Assembly (NCBI GenBank): GCA_963737655.1
Contig: CAVTTN010000002.1
Coordinates: 5,408,001 to 5,472,000 of the forward strand
DNA: 64,000 bases
Direction of reading: 5' to 3'
Source of the DNA: an uncultured Planctomycetota bacterium
GTDB taxonomy: Bacteria; Planctomycetota; Planctomycetia; Isosphaerales; Isosphaeraceae
Shown here: piece after piece, positions 1-12,019 of the stretch
Position numbering within the stretch: position 1 is the first letter of the stretch
Layout: each line of letters begins with the position of its first letter
Program-made: the position numbers and the translations under genes
Notes under the pieces: model-generated
The model's database searches: none
Told to the model about the DNA's origin: nothing
What the model saw: the letters and a program-made list of their open reading frames with translations, nothing else

Positions 1-1665
<1,665 letters not shown>

Positions 1666-1669
<4 letters not shown>

Positions 1670-1735
1670 GGTGCATGCAATGCACCGTCATGTAGGGCGG
1701 GTGAAACCCGCCACAAGCGGCGGCCAAAGGCCGCC
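1666..1735 (+). repeat. GTAG-type REP composite (GTAGGGTGCA-N-TGCACC + GTAGGGCGGGTGAAACCCGCC + GGCGGCC-AAA-GGCCGCC)
   Basis: Three adjacent hairpins, two with GTAG feet; related units at 11864-12008, 34782-34831, 52151-52312. Confidence 0.8.
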
Positions 1736-1778
1736 CTCCTTGACAATGCATCCAGGGAGCTTTGCGGAGGCATCCTTC

Positions 1779-2558
1779 ATGAGCACCCGGCCCGAGGTCG
1801 AGCCTCCGATCCCTCCCGAGCCACCCGCGAAACGGCGTTCTTACTCCGGCCTCTGGATGAAGCGAATCTTCTGGATCGCGCTCGCCTGCGCCCTCCTGGC
1901 CTGGCTGGGGAAGGCGGTCGAGCGAGCCCGCGAGGCGGCCCGGTTCTCGCAATGCTATGACGACTTCAAGTGGGTCGGGCTGGCCCTTCAGAATTATCAC
2001 GACGTCTATGGATCGCTCCCGCCCGCGTACCTGACCGATGCCCGAGGCAAGCCCACCCTGAGCTGGCGAGTCCTGATCCTCCCCTTTGCCGACGGGGACA
2101 CCCTGTACCATTCCTTCAACCTCTCGGAGCCGTGGGACGGGCCGACCAACCTCCCGCTCCTGGCCAGGATGCCCCGGTTCTACGGCTGTCCGAGCCGGGA
2201 GTCCAGGTGGCCGCGAGGTCTCACCAAATGCGTGGCGATCACCGGCCCGGGGACGGCGTTCCCGGGCGCGACGTCGGTCCGGTTCGACGACATCACGGAC
2301 GGACTGGACGAGACGATCCTGCTCGCCGAGGTCGAGACGCTGGAAGTCCCCTGGACGGCCCCGATCGACCTGGACCTCCGCACGATGAGCCTCCGGATCG
2401 ACGACCCGAACCGGCCCTCGATCTCCAGCCCACACCCCCGAGGCCCTTCGACCCTGACGGCGAGCTCGATGGTGCGGTTCCTCCCGAGGTCGATCGCGCC
2501 CGAGTCCCTGAGGGCCAGGATGACCATCGCGGGGCGTGAGCCCTCTTCGCCGGATTGA
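1779..2558 (+). CDS. DUF1559 domain-containing membrane protein
   Basis: TM segment then [62 protein letters not shown] at 1766-1770. Confidence 0.9.
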   Translation: MSTRPEVEPPIPPEPPAKRRSYSGLWMKRIFWIALACALLAWLGKAVERAREAARFSQCYDDFKWVGLALQNYHDVYGSLPPAYLTDARGKPTLSWRVLILPFADGDTLYHSFNLSEPWDGPTNLPLLARMPRFYGCPSRESRWPRGLTKCVAITGPGTAFPGATSVRFDDITDGLDETILLAEVETLEVPWTAPIDLDLRTMSLRIDDPNRPSISSPHPRGPSTLTASSMVRFLPRSIAPESLRARMTIAGREPSSPD

Positions 2559-2609
2559 TCCGGGAAGACCCGAAAAGGGTTCACTTTCACAATTTCCAAC
2601 TGATGAATT

Positions 2610-2807
2610 TCACTTTCCCCCATGCTGCTTCGAACGGTCCGGCCTCACCCAGTCCAGGATTCGATCGACGATCGTAGGCGGCCGGAGCACCTGCCACAAC
2701 CGCGAGCGAGCCGCCCCGGAGGGAAAGCTCCGGGCCTTGATCCCGCTGTTCGAGGCCCGTCGATGCCGCCCGGGGCGCGGCGGGATCGCCGCCTTGCGAA
2801 TTGGCAA
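2610..2807 (-). CDS. Putative small protein (65 aa)
   Basis: TTG start 8 nt after GAGGAGG; fills gap downstream of cutC; no recognisable family. Confidence 0.35.
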   Translation of the reverse strand: MPIRKAAIPPRPGRHRRASNSGIKARSFPSGAARSRLWQVLRPPTIVDRILDWVRPDRSKQHGGK

Positions 2808-2913
2808 GGTTCCGCCCTCCTCGGACTCGCACAAGCCCCGGACCCGGACGGTTAGACACCCCCAGGCCCGGCGAGTTCCCGAAAAGCGGGCGAGCCGAGC
2901 CGCGCCGAGCCGC

Positions 2914-3588
2914 CTAGGTCGTGCGTCTCGCGGATTCGACCAATCGCCCGACGTTCCCCCGATCGGTAATCCCGCCCGAGCAGGCGGCCGATCCGATGTG
3001 GATTTCGGTCAAGCCGGCCGCGATCAACTTCGGGATGTCTTCCTCCGTGACGCTCCCACCCCCAAGGACCGCGATCCTCCCGGCGCCCCGCTTCGCGTAC
3101 TCGGCGAGCTTGCCGAGATGGTCCCTCGCCGGGCCGATCCCGCCCGAGGTCAGCAGCCGATCGGCACCGAGCCCGATCAGTTCCTCCAGCGCACCCACTC
3201 CGTCCTCGATTTCGTCGAACCCCTTGTGAAACGTGACCGACATCGGCCGGGCGAGCGCGATCAGTTCCGCCGTGCGCTCGCGATCGATCCGCCGATCGGT
3301 CGTGAGGAGGCCGAGGACGACCCCGGCCGCTCCGAGGCGTTTCGCCGCCTCGATATCTCGCCTCATGACCTCGATTTCCGCGTCGGAATGGACGAAATCG
3401 CCGCCTCGGGGCCGGATCAGGACGTGGACGGGGATCCTCAGGCGATCGCAGGCGAGGCCGATCGTCCCGGCGCTCGGGGTGATCCCGCCGACGGCCCGGT
3501 ATTCGCACAATTCGATCCGGTCGGCCCCGCCCGCCTCGGCGGCCATCGCCGATTCGATCCCCTCGACGCAGATTTCCACGATCGCCAC
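2914..3588 (-). CDS. cutC: Copper homeostasis protein CutC
   Basis: VEICVE, GGADRIELC, GGITPS, HVLIRPRGGDF, VTFHKGFD, RLLTSGG. Confidence 0.95.
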   Translation of the reverse strand: MAIVEICVEGIESAMAAEAGGADRIELCEYRAVGGITPSAGTIGLACDRLRIPVHVLIRPRGGDFVHSDAEIEVMRRDIEAAKRLGAAGVVLGLLTTDRRIDRERTAELIALARPMSVTFHKGFDEIEDGVGALEELIGLGADRLLTSGGIGPARDHLGKLAEYAKRGAGRIAVLGGGSVTEEDIPKLIAAGLTEIHIGSAACSGGITDRGNVGRLVESARRTT

Positions 3589-3679
3589 GGGCCGCCTCCC
3601 CTCGCCCCGGAGGGCGAGCCTCTGATATCGTCGAAGACGAGGGATTTTGCCACCGATCCGCCCGTGAGGACACCCCGAG

Positions 3680-4135
3680 ATGCCGATCTTCGTCGATGGC
3701 GACGCCTGCCCGGTGAAGGAGGAGACCTATCGGGTCGCCCGCCGCCATGAGGTGAAGGTGTTCGTGGTCGCCAACTCGTTCATGCGAGTGCCCGCCGAGG
3801 ATCTGATCGAACTCGTCGTCGTCAAGGGCGGGTTCGACTCGGCCGACGACTGGATCGTCGAGAAGATCGGCCCGGCGGACCTCGCGATCACGACCGACAT
3901 CCCCCTGGCCGAGCGGTGCCTGAAGAAAGGGGCCCGCGTGCTCGGCCCGAAGGGGACCTTCTTCACCGAGGAGACCATCGGCGACGCCCTGGCCACCCGC
4001 GCCCTGCTCGACATGCTCCGCCAATCCGGCGAGATCGGCGGAGGCCCCGCCCCGTTCGCGAAGGCCGACCGCTCGCGGTTCCTCTCCAAGCTCGACGAGG
4101 CCCTCCACGCGATCCGCCGTGAGCACCGGGCGTGA
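3680..4135 (+). CDS. YaiI/YqxD (UPF0178) family protein
   Basis: IFVDGDACPVK, DSADDWIV, TTDIPLA, GGGPAPF..DRSRF. Confidence 0.95.
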   Translation: MPIFVDGDACPVKEETYRVARRHEVKVFVVANSFMRVPAEDLIELVVVKGGFDSADDWIVEKIGPADLAITTDIPLAERCLKKGARVLGPKGTFFTEETIGDALATRALLDMLRQSGEIGGGPAPFAKADRSRFLSKLDEALHAIRREHRA

Positions 4136-4149
4136 CGAATTCGGAGGAC

Positions 4150-4341
4150 CAACCGCCAAGACGCCAAGTTCGCCGAGGAGAAACGAGGAAAGGAGGTAAG
4201 GGACAGGAAGTCAAAAGATCAACGTGCATTAAACTTCTCAATCTTGTTGTTTATTATATTCTAGTTCGTCTTTTCTCTTCCCGTCTCCGCTCATTCCCGC
4301 CATCCCTCTTGATCTTGGCGAACTTGGCGTCTTGGCGGTTG
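4150..4341. repeat. MITE-like element with 28-bp terminal inverted repeats and AT-rich core
   Basis: 4150-4177 CAACCGCCAAGACGCCAAGTTCGCCGAG matches reverse complement of 4314-4341 at 27/28. Confidence 0.8.
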
Positions 4342-4418
4342 ATCCCGTGAGGGTCGGCCCGAATTCCTCATGACGCCCCGGCACCCCCGCCGACGACTAG
4401 GGGATAGGGGGTGTCACG

Positions 4419-5459
4419 ATGGCCCGTCGCGATCGGTCGATCTCGAAGCGATTCGCTCCGTCCGCCGAGGGCCTGGAGGACCGGTGCTTGCTCTCGGTGG
4501 GCTCGACCACGGCGGCGAATAATCAGGCGAGGGTCGCCAGGGTCCGCCACGAGCAAAAGGTGTTCATCGGGGACTTGCAGAACCTGGAATGGCGTTCTCA
4601 CGCGACCCAGGAGGAGTTCCTGGCCCTGCGGGACGACGCCCGGGCGATCGGCCAGGCCGCGTCCTCGACCACGCTGCCCCCGGCCGTCGCGGCCACGAAG
4701 GCCGCCGCCGCCTCTCTGGAGCTGGACCGCTCCACGATCGACGGCTTCCTCGATGATTCGCAGTGGGCCGCCGTGCAGTCCCGTCTGGAGGGGAACCTTG
4801 ACGGCCTGAACGTCCCCCAATCGTTGATCGACCAGACCATCGCGGACATGAAAGCGATCGCGGATTCAGCCGGAGTGACGGGTGCCGAGTACGACAAGTT
4901 CGAGCATGATTCGGACACGTTCCGCCAGGGGAACGCCTCGCTCCCGAGCGGCTACGCCCACTTCGACGACCCCGGCCTCTACTTCAGCCAGCACCTCCGC
5001 GGCTTCGTCCACGGCCAGAAGGAGACCAGGCAGGCCGCGATCCGATCGCTGAACGCCGACCTCCGCGCCATCGCCGCCTCGCCGTCGGACCTCGAGACCC
5101 TCCGCCGCGACGCCGGGTCTCTCCAGACCATCGAGGCGGGCCTCACGAGCGACCAGGTCGACTCCGTCGAGGCCGCCTTGACGACGGCCCTCGCCGATCC
5201 CTCCCCCTCGCCGGCCGAGATCGCGAGCCTGGGCGCGACCCTGGATGCGATCTACGGGCCGGGCGTCTCGCCGACGGTGAGCACCGCCTCGAATCGGCTC
5301 CTGAACGATTTCGCGAACTTCGCCGCCGCCCTGGGCGGCTCCGCGGACCACGTCGCGACGGTCCTCAACGACGTCCGGGCCGTCGTCGATGCCGGAGGGT
5401 CGGTCGCGACCAACCCGTTCCGCATCACGATCTCGCGGACGGGCGCGGCGACCTCGTGA
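4419..5459 (+). CDS. Planctomycete extracellular protein (LEPRxLL-type N-terminus), unknown function
   Basis: Arg-rich start then SAEGLEDRCLLS; host-like codon usage. Confidence 0.8.
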   Translation: MARRDRSISKRFAPSAEGLEDRCLLSVGSTTAANNQARVARVRHEQKVFIGDLQNLEWRSHATQEEFLALRDDARAIGQAASSTTLPPAVAATKAAAASLELDRSTIDGFLDDSQWAAVQSRLEGNLDGLNVPQSLIDQTIADMKAIADSAGVTGAEYDKFEHDSDTFRQGNASLPSGYAHFDDPGLYFSQHLRGFVHGQKETRQAAIRSLNADLRAIAASPSDLETLRRDAGSLQTIEAGLTSDQVDSVEAALTTALADPSPSPAEIASLGATLDAIYGPGVSPTVSTASNRLLNDFANFAAALGGSADHVATVLNDVRAVVDAGGSVATNPFRITISRTGAATS

Positions 5460-5490
5460 CCCCGGCGAAGGAGGAATCGCCGAGGGTTCG

Positions 5491-6576
5491 TCAGGCGTCG
5501 GCGGCGAGCCGGATCGGCCTTTTTTCTCGCTTCGATCGATAGATGGCCGAGAACATCGCCACCACCGCCCTCCCGTCCTCGGCCGAGACCTCGGGCGGTC
5601 GTCCTTGCAGGATCGCCCCGAGGAATTCGTCGATCTGGAGAGCATGATAATAGGTAGTGGCATCGATCCGGGCGAATCGCTCGCGGTCCTCGGCCTGGAA
5701 TTCGGCGAGCTTGTGCTCCTCGCCGGGGACATTCCACAGGTCGTTCAGGGCCGGCTCGGCGATCGTGGAGACCCCGGCCACGAAAGTGGCGCCCCGGTCG
5801 GTCTCCACGCCGATCGACGCCCCGTTTGATCCGTGAACATGGACCTTGGTGAACAAACCCGGCCTCTGCGACACGCTCGTGATGATCGATCCGATCCCGC
5901 CGCCCCGAAATCTCACGATCGCCACCGCCGAATCCTCGACCTCGATCTCGGGGTGATTCACGTTGGCCCAGTCCCCCGAAATTTCCTCGACCTCGCCCAT
6001 GAACATCCGCAGCAAGTCGAGCTGATGGGGCGACTGGTTCACGAGGACGCCGCCGCCCTCGGTGGCCCACTTGCCGCGCCACGGGTCGGACTCGTAATAG
6101 GCGCGGTCTCGCCAGCTATACATCTGGAACACGCCGATCGCGGGGGCGCCGACCTTGCCCTCGTCGATGGCGGCCTTCATCCGGCGGACCGGCTCCAGCC
6201 ATCGCCTCTGGCTGATCACGGAGAGGCGGACCTTCGCCTCGTCGGCCGCGGCGATCATCGCATCGCAGTCGGCCAGGGTCGCGGCCATCGGCTTTTCCAC
6301 GAGGACGTGCGCCCCGGCCCCCGCCGCCTCGATCGCGGCCGACGCGTGGAGCGGATGAGGGGTGGCGATCGTCACGGCGTCGATCCCGACGTCCGAGAGC
6401 ATCGCGCCGACGTCCGAGTACGCCGTCGCGCCGAACCTCGCCGCGAACGCCTCCGCCCGATCGGCGCCGGCGTCGCACACGGCGACCAGCTCCGAATGCG
6501 GAGAGTCGCGGAGGGCCTGGGCGTGGATCTGCCCGACCTTCCCGCAGCCGATCACGGCCGTCCTCAATCGCTCCAC
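5491..6576 (-). CDS. Gfo/Idh/MocA family oxidoreductase
   Basis: VIGCGKVG, IATPHPLH, HVLVEKP, EGGGVLVNQSPHQLD. Confidence 0.95.
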   Translation of the reverse strand: MERLRTAVIGCGKVGQIHAQALRDSPHSELVAVCDAGADRAEAFAARFGATAYSDVGAMLSDVGIDAVTIATPHPLHASAAIEAAGAGAHVLVEKPMAATLADCDAMIAAADEAKVRLSVISQRRWLEPVRRMKAAIDEGKVGAPAIGVFQMYSWRDRAYYESDPWRGKWATEGGGVLVNQSPHQLDLLRMFMGEVEEISGDWANVNHPEIEVEDSAVAIVRFRGGGIGSIITSVSQRPGLFTKVHVHGSNGASIGVETDRGATFVAGVSTIAEPALNDLWNVPGEEHKLAEFQAEDRERFARIDATTYYHALQIDEFLGAILQGRPPEVSAEDGRAVVAMFSAIYRSKREKRPIRLAADA

Positions 6577-6577
6577 G

Positions 6578-7480
6578 TCACGGCTCCGGGAAGTGTTTGG
6601 CGGTGATCTCGCGGAGGAACGCCAGGGACTCGGCCATCTCCCCCATCCCGTTCATCCCGTCCTCGATACTCACCCAGCCCCGGTAACGGTGGGCCGCGAG
6701 GATGCGGAAGATCGAATCGTAATCATTCAAGCCTTGACCGGTCACTCCGTGCCGGAGGTCGGGGGAATACCCGAGGGTGCCGTCGGCCTGGCGGAGCGAT
6801 TCGATCGTGGCGCCCTCCGCCAGGTAGCGATCGCTGGCGTGCATGCTCACCACGCGGCCGGCCACGGCCTCGAGGAGCTCGATGGGATCGTCGCCGGCCA
6901 CGATCGCGTTCGACGGGTCGTACTGGACCCCGAAGGATCGCCTCTCCGGGATCGCGTCGAGCAGCGCGAGGAAGACCTCCTTCTTCTGGGCGAACTCGGG
7001 ATAGGCCCAGAATCCATCCTTGTAGTGATTTTCAAGCCCCAGGATCACGTCATGTTCGCGGGCGACGGGCAAGACGCTCTCGATGCAGGAGATCACCCAT
7101 CCCAGCCCTTCCTCGACGCCCACATCGGGATATCTCGGCCCCGAGAGCACGCGGCAGACCGAGCCGGGGCCGCCGAGCCGTCTCGTCACGGCGATCAGCT
7201 CGGCCTCGCGATCGACGGCGCGTTTCCTCGCGTCGGCGTCGGGGTTGGTGAAGTCGGGCGAGCAGCAGAGCATGGGCATGGCGAAGCCGGCGTCGTGGAT
7301 CGCCTCGCCCACGGTGTCGAGATAGCCCGGTTCGAGGCTCGGGAAGAAGCCGTCGTACATCTCGAGGCCGTCGGCGTCGAGCGACCTGGCCATTCCGATC
7401 CAGTCGAAGACGCTCATCGTCCTCCGGCCGGCGATGTCGTCGAGGTAGCATTTCGGGAACGCGGAGAGCTTGAGGGGCAC
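6578..7480 (-). CDS. Sugar phosphate isomerase/epimerase (xylose isomerase-like TIM barrel)
   Basis: LGLENH, QYDPSN, SMHASD, GWVSIE metal motifs; 1 nt from Gfo gene. Confidence 0.9.
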   Translation of the reverse strand: MPLKLSAFPKCYLDDIAGRRTMSVFDWIGMARSLDADGLEMYDGFFPSLEPGYLDTVGEAIHDAGFAMPMLCCSPDFTNPDADARKRAVDREAELIAVTRRLGGPGSVCRVLSGPRYPDVGVEEGLGWVISCIESVLPVAREHDVILGLENHYKDGFWAYPEFAQKKEVFLALLDAIPERRSFGVQYDPSNAIVAGDDPIELLEAVAGRVVSMHASDRYLAEGATIESLRQADGTLGYSPDLRHGVTGQGLNDYDSIFRILAAHRYRGWVSIEDGMNGMGEMAESLAFLREITAKHFPEP

Positions 7481-7651
7481 GGGCCGGGCCTCCCGATCGA
7501 TCGCGATTGGTCGGCCGCAACCGTATCATCGCGAGGGCGCCGAGGCAACCGATCGCCCCCCCGGGTGGCGTCGAGAGCCGCCGACAAGTAGGATAGCGGC
7601 AGGCGAGCGATCCCCGCGATTCCTCCGGTCGATCGAAGAGGATGACGACGC

Positions 7652-10387
7652 ATGAACGGGCGAATCGTTCCAACGACCGTGGCGGCGCTGGCGATCCTCG
7701 CCGGACTGGCGAGGGCCGACGAGGCCGACAAGCTCGCCCGGGAGATCCTCGCCGACCGCTGCCTCTCGTGCCACTCGGCCGACGCGAAGAAGGGCGGCCT
7801 GGACCTCTCGCGGCGCCCCTCGGCGCTGGCGGGTGGCGACTCGGGCCCGGCCGTGGTCCCGGGGAAGCCGGCCGAGAGCCTGATCATCGAGAAGCTGACG
7901 GCCGGCGAGATGCCGCCGAAGGGGGCGCTCGCGCCCGAGCAGGTCGCCGCGGTCCGCGATTGGGTCGCCCGAGGCGCCGAATACGGCCCCGAGCCGATCG
8001 CCGCAAGGAGGGCCGGTGCCGATTGGTGGTCGCTCCGCCCGATCCGCCGGCCCGATCCGCCGGCCGTCGGCGATCGCGGGTGGGCCCGGTCGGAAATCGA
8101 CCTGTTCATCCTGGCCAGGCTCGAAGCGAGCGGGCTGAAGCCGTCGCCGGAGGCGACGCGTCGCGAGTTCATCCGCCGCGTGACGTTCGACCTGATCGGC
8201 CTCCCGCCGACGCCCGAGGAAGTCTCGGGATTCGTGAACGACCCGGCCGAGGACGCCCACGCAGCCCTCGTCGATCACCTGCTCGCGTCCCCTCGGTATG
8301 GGGAGCGATGGGCCCGCCACTGGCTGGACGTGGTGAGGTTCGCCGAGAGCCACGGCTACGAGACGAACTCGCTCCGGCCGAACGCCTGGCCGTATCGCGA
8401 CTACGTCATCCGGGCCTTCAATGACGACGTCCCGTTTTCGCGATTCGTCGCCGAGCAGATCGCCGGAGACGCCCTCCCCGATGGCGATTTCCTCGCCCGA
8501 TCGGCCACGGGGTTCCTGGTGGGCGGGACCCACGACACGGTCGGCAACCAGACCGAGGCCGGCAGCAAGCAGCAGAGGGTGGACGACCTGGACGACATCA
8601 TCACCGCCACCGGGACCACCTTCCTTGGCCTGACGGTCCATTGTGCGCGATGTCATGATCACAAATTTGATCCGATTGCACAAAAGGACTATTACGGCCT
8701 GCAGGCCGTGTTCGCCGGGGTCCAGCACGCCGACCGCGACCTCCGCCGAGACGACGCGGACCGCGACCGTCGCGAGGCGGAATCGATCTCGGCCGAGATC
8801 GCCCGGATCGACCGCGAGCTCGACGCGATCGAGCCGCTCGCCCGGGTCGGGCCCGGCCCGGCGAGCCGCCCGGCCGTGAATCCGCGGAGGAACGTCGAGC
8901 GGTTCCCGCCGATCGTGGCCAAGGCGGTGAGGATGACCGTCCGGGCCACGGCCGACGGGATCGAGCCGTGCGTGGACGAGCTGGAAGCCTGGACGGCCCG
9001 CGAGGATTCCCGCAACGTGGCGCCGTCCGGCGTGCCGTCGGCCTCGTCCACGTATGCGAATAATCCGTCTCACAAGCTGGAGCACATCAACGACGCGCGT
9101 TACGGCAACGGCCGGAGCTGGATCTCGGCCGAGTCGGGCCGGGGGTGGGTGCGGATCGACTTGCCCGAGGCCGTGGCGATCGACCGCGTGGTCTGGGGCC
9201 GCGACCGCGAGGAGGCGTACCGCGACCGGACCGCCCGGGATTATTCGATCGAGGTGGCCGACGAGTCCGGTCGGTGGACCGAGGTCGCGTCCTCGATCGA
9301 TCGTTCCGCGGCCGGCCCCGGAACATCGCCCGCCGACCCGGCCCGCGCGGCCTTGGAGGGCAAGAAGCGGGAGCTTCGCGAGCGGATGGGCACGCTCTCG
9401 CCGACGATGAAGGTCTATGCAGGGACCTTCGCACAGCCGGGGCCGACGCGGCTCCTCCGTCGCGGCGACCCGATGCAACCGAAGGACGCCGTGCCTCCGT
9501 CGGCCCTGCGATCGGTCCGGCCTCCGCTGGTCCTGGCCGAGGACGCCCCCGAGTCCGAGCGTCGCCTGGCCCTGGCCCGCTGGATCGCGAGTCCCGAGAA
9601 CCCCTTGCCGGCCCGGGTGATGGTCAACCGGCTCTGGCAGGGGCACTTCGGCCGGGGGATCGTGGCCACGCCCAGCGACTTCGGGTTCAACGGCGACCGC
9701 CCGTCTCACCCCGAATTGCTCGACTGGCTCGCCGCCGAATTCCTCGCCAACGGGGGCCGGCTGAAGCCCCTGCACCGCAGGATCGTGCTCTCGGCGGCGT
9801 ACCGGCAGTCGTCGCGGATCGACCCGAAGGGGATGGCCGTCGATGCGTCCGATCGCCTGCTCTGGAGGGTCGCGCCGAGGCGGCTGGAGGCGGAGGCGAT
9901 CCGCGACGCGATCTTGAGCGTCTCGGGCGAGCTGGACCTCCGACCCGGGGGGCCGGGGTACAACATCTGGGAGCCGAACACGAATTATGTGGTCGTGTTC
10001 ACTCCCCGGCGCGACCTGGGGCCGGACACATTCCGCCGGATGATCTACCAGTTCAAGCCCAGGAGCCAGCAGGACGTCACATTCGGCGCGTTCGACTGCC
10101 CCGACGGCGGCCTCGTGGCGCCGAGGCGGAACGTCTCGACCACGGCGTTGCAGGCCGCGAACCTGCTGAACAGCCGGTTCCTGCTGGCGAGGAGCGAATC
10201 GTTCGCGAGGAGGCTCGAACGCGAGGCCGAGGGGCCGGATCGGGTCGGTCGAGCCTTCCTCCTGGCCGTCGGCCGCGAGCCGACCGACGCCGAACTCAGG
10301 GCCGCCGAGGCGCTCGTCCGCGATCACGGCCTCTCGACGTTGTGCCGCGCCCTGATCAATGCGAACGAGTTCGTCTATCTGCCGTGA
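7652..10387 (+). CDS. Planctomycete cytochrome c / DUF1549-DUF1553 (PSCyt/PSD1) protein with inserted F5/8-type-C-like domain
   Basis: [59 protein letters not shown] end. Confidence 0.95.
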   Translation: MNGRIVPTTVAALAILAGLARADEADKLAREILADRCLSCHSADAKKGGLDLSRRPSALAGGDSGPAVVPGKPAESLIIEKLTAGEMPPKGALAPEQVAAVRDWVARGAEYGPEPIAARRAGADWWSLRPIRRPDPPAVGDRGWARSEIDLFILARLEASGLKPSPEATRREFIRRVTFDLIGLPPTPEEVSGFVNDPAEDAHAALVDHLLASPRYGERWARHWLDVVRFAESHGYETNSLRPNAWPYRDYVIRAFNDDVPFSRFVAEQIAGDALPDGDFLARSATGFLVGGTHDTVGNQTEAGSKQQRVDDLDDIITATGTTFLGLTVHCARCHDHKFDPIAQKDYYGLQAVFAGVQHADRDLRRDDADRDRREAESISAEIARIDRELDAIEPLARVGPGPASRPAVNPRRNVERFPPIVAKAVRMTVRATADGIEPCVDELEAWTAREDSRNVAPSGVPSASSTYANNPSHKLEHINDARYGNGRSWISAESGRGWVRIDLPEAVAIDRVVWGRDREEAYRDRTARDYSIEVADESGRWTEVASSIDRSAAGPGTSPADPARAALEGKKRELRERMGTLSPTMKVYAGTFAQPGPTRLLRRGDPMQPKDAVPPSALRSVRPPLVLAEDAPESERRLALARWIASPENPLPARVMVNRLWQGHFGRGIVATPSDFGFNGDRPSHPELLDWLAAEFLANGGRLKPLHRRIVLSAAYRQSSRIDPKGMAVDASDRLLWRVAPRRLEAEAIRDAILSVSGELDLRPGGPGYNIWEPNTNYVVVFTPRRDLGPDTFRRMIYQFKPRSQQDVTFGAFDCPDGGLVAPRRNVSTTALQAANLLNSRFLLARSESFARRLEREAEGPDRVGRAFLLAVGREPTDAELRAAEALVRDHGLSTLCRALINANEFVYLP

Positions 10388-10413
10388 AAACTGCGAGACG
10401 CGGAGGATTGTTC

Positions 10414-11867
10414 ATGGCGGATCGCATCGTCTCCCCGACCGGCCTGGGTTTCCTCGACCGCCGGGCGTTCCTGTCGCACCTGGGGACCGGGATCGGGGGG
10501 ATCGCGCTGGCGTCGATCCTCCCGGGAGGACGCTCGAAGGCCGAGGACGTCGCGAACCCGCTCGCCCCGAAGCCTCCGCACTTTCCGCCCCGGGCGAAGC
10601 GAGTCATCCACATTTTTTGCACCGGGGCCGTCAGTCATCTCGACACGTGGGACTACAAGCCGGAGCTCATCAAACGGCACGGCCAGCCGATGCCGGGCGT
10701 GGAGAAGCTCGTCACGTTCCAGGGGGAGAACGGCAACCTGGCCCGGAGCCCCTGGGAATTCCGCCCCCGGGGGGAATCGGGCAAGATGGTCTCGGACCTG
10801 CTGCCGAACCTCGCCGAATTGGCCGATGAGATGTGCTTCGTCCACTCGCTGACCTCGAAGACGAACACGCACGGGCCGGGCGAGATGTTCATGAGCACGG
10901 GGTTCACGGCCGAGGGGTTCCCCAGCCTCGGCGCGTGGGTCTCGTATGCGCTGGGGACCGAGGATCAGGACTTGCCGGCGTTCGTCGCCATCCCCGACCC
11001 GAGGGGCGGCCCCCAGCAAGGCCCGGCGAACTGGGCGAACGGCTTCTTGCCGGCCGTCACGCAGGGCACGGCGTTCAACGCCGATCGGCCGATCCCCCAC
11101 CTCGACCGCCCCCCCGAGATCTCGCCCGGAGACGATCGCGCGGCCCGCGACTTCCTCAAACTCCTCAATGAGGAGCATCTCAGGAGGAACCCGGGCGACT
11201 CCGAGTTCTCCGCGAGGATCGCCGCGTACGAGCTCGCGGCGAGGATGCAGTTGAGCGCCCGGAGGTCAGCGACCTGACGGGCGAGTCCCCGGCCACCCGG
11301 CGGCTCTATGGCCTGGATTCCCCGAACCCGATCCAGGCCGGGTTCGCGAGGAATTGCCTGCTGGCCCGGAGGCTGGTCGAGCGGGGCGTCCGCTTCGTCA
11401 CGCTGTTCAACGGGGCCTTCGCGATGGGCGAGGGGGCGCTGAACTGGGACGGGCACCGGCGGATCAAGTCCGATTATGATCGACATGGCCCGATCCTCGA
11501 CGGGCCCGCCGCCGGCTTGCTCAAGGATCTGAAGGCGCGAGGGCTTCTGGATGACACGTTGGTGATCTGGACCACCGAGTTCGGCCGGATGCCGACGTTC
11601 CAGAAGGGGACCGAGGGCCGCGACCACAACCCCAGCGGGTTCACCGCCTGGCTCGCCGGGGCCGGCGTGAAGCGGGCGTCCAGCTTCGGCGCGACCGACG
11701 AATTCGGCCACCAGGCGGTCGATCGGGTCGTGGACGTCCACGACTTCCACGCCACGGTGCTGCACCTCCTGGGCCTGGATCACGAGAAGCTCACCTACTA
11801 CAACAACGGGGCGCAGCGACGTTTGACGGATGTTCACGGCCATGTGATCGAGGGGATTCTTGCGTAG
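10414..11867 (+). CDS. DUF1501 family protein, apparent -1 frameshift at ~11259
   Basis: [62 protein letters not shown]; one added C restores SAPEVSDL. Confidence 0.92.
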
Positions 11868-12008
11868 GGTGCACGCGATGCACCCAAGGTGCGGCGGGCA
11901 ATCCCGCCGAGCTTCCCCTCCTCCTGATCCGTTTCGTGAGCCTGCGGTGGGCGGCCGCGATGTCGGCGGCCACACCCGCCCTACATTGGTGCATGTCATG
12001 CACCCTAC
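11864..12008. repeat. REPIN-like pair of GTAG-type REPs
   Basis: GTAGGGTGCACGCGATGCACC at 11864 and inverted GGTGCATGTCATGCACCCTAC ending 12008, plus inverted second-type unit ending CCCGCCCTAC at 11984. Confidence 0.8.
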
Positions 12009-12019
12009 GAGGCGATGTC

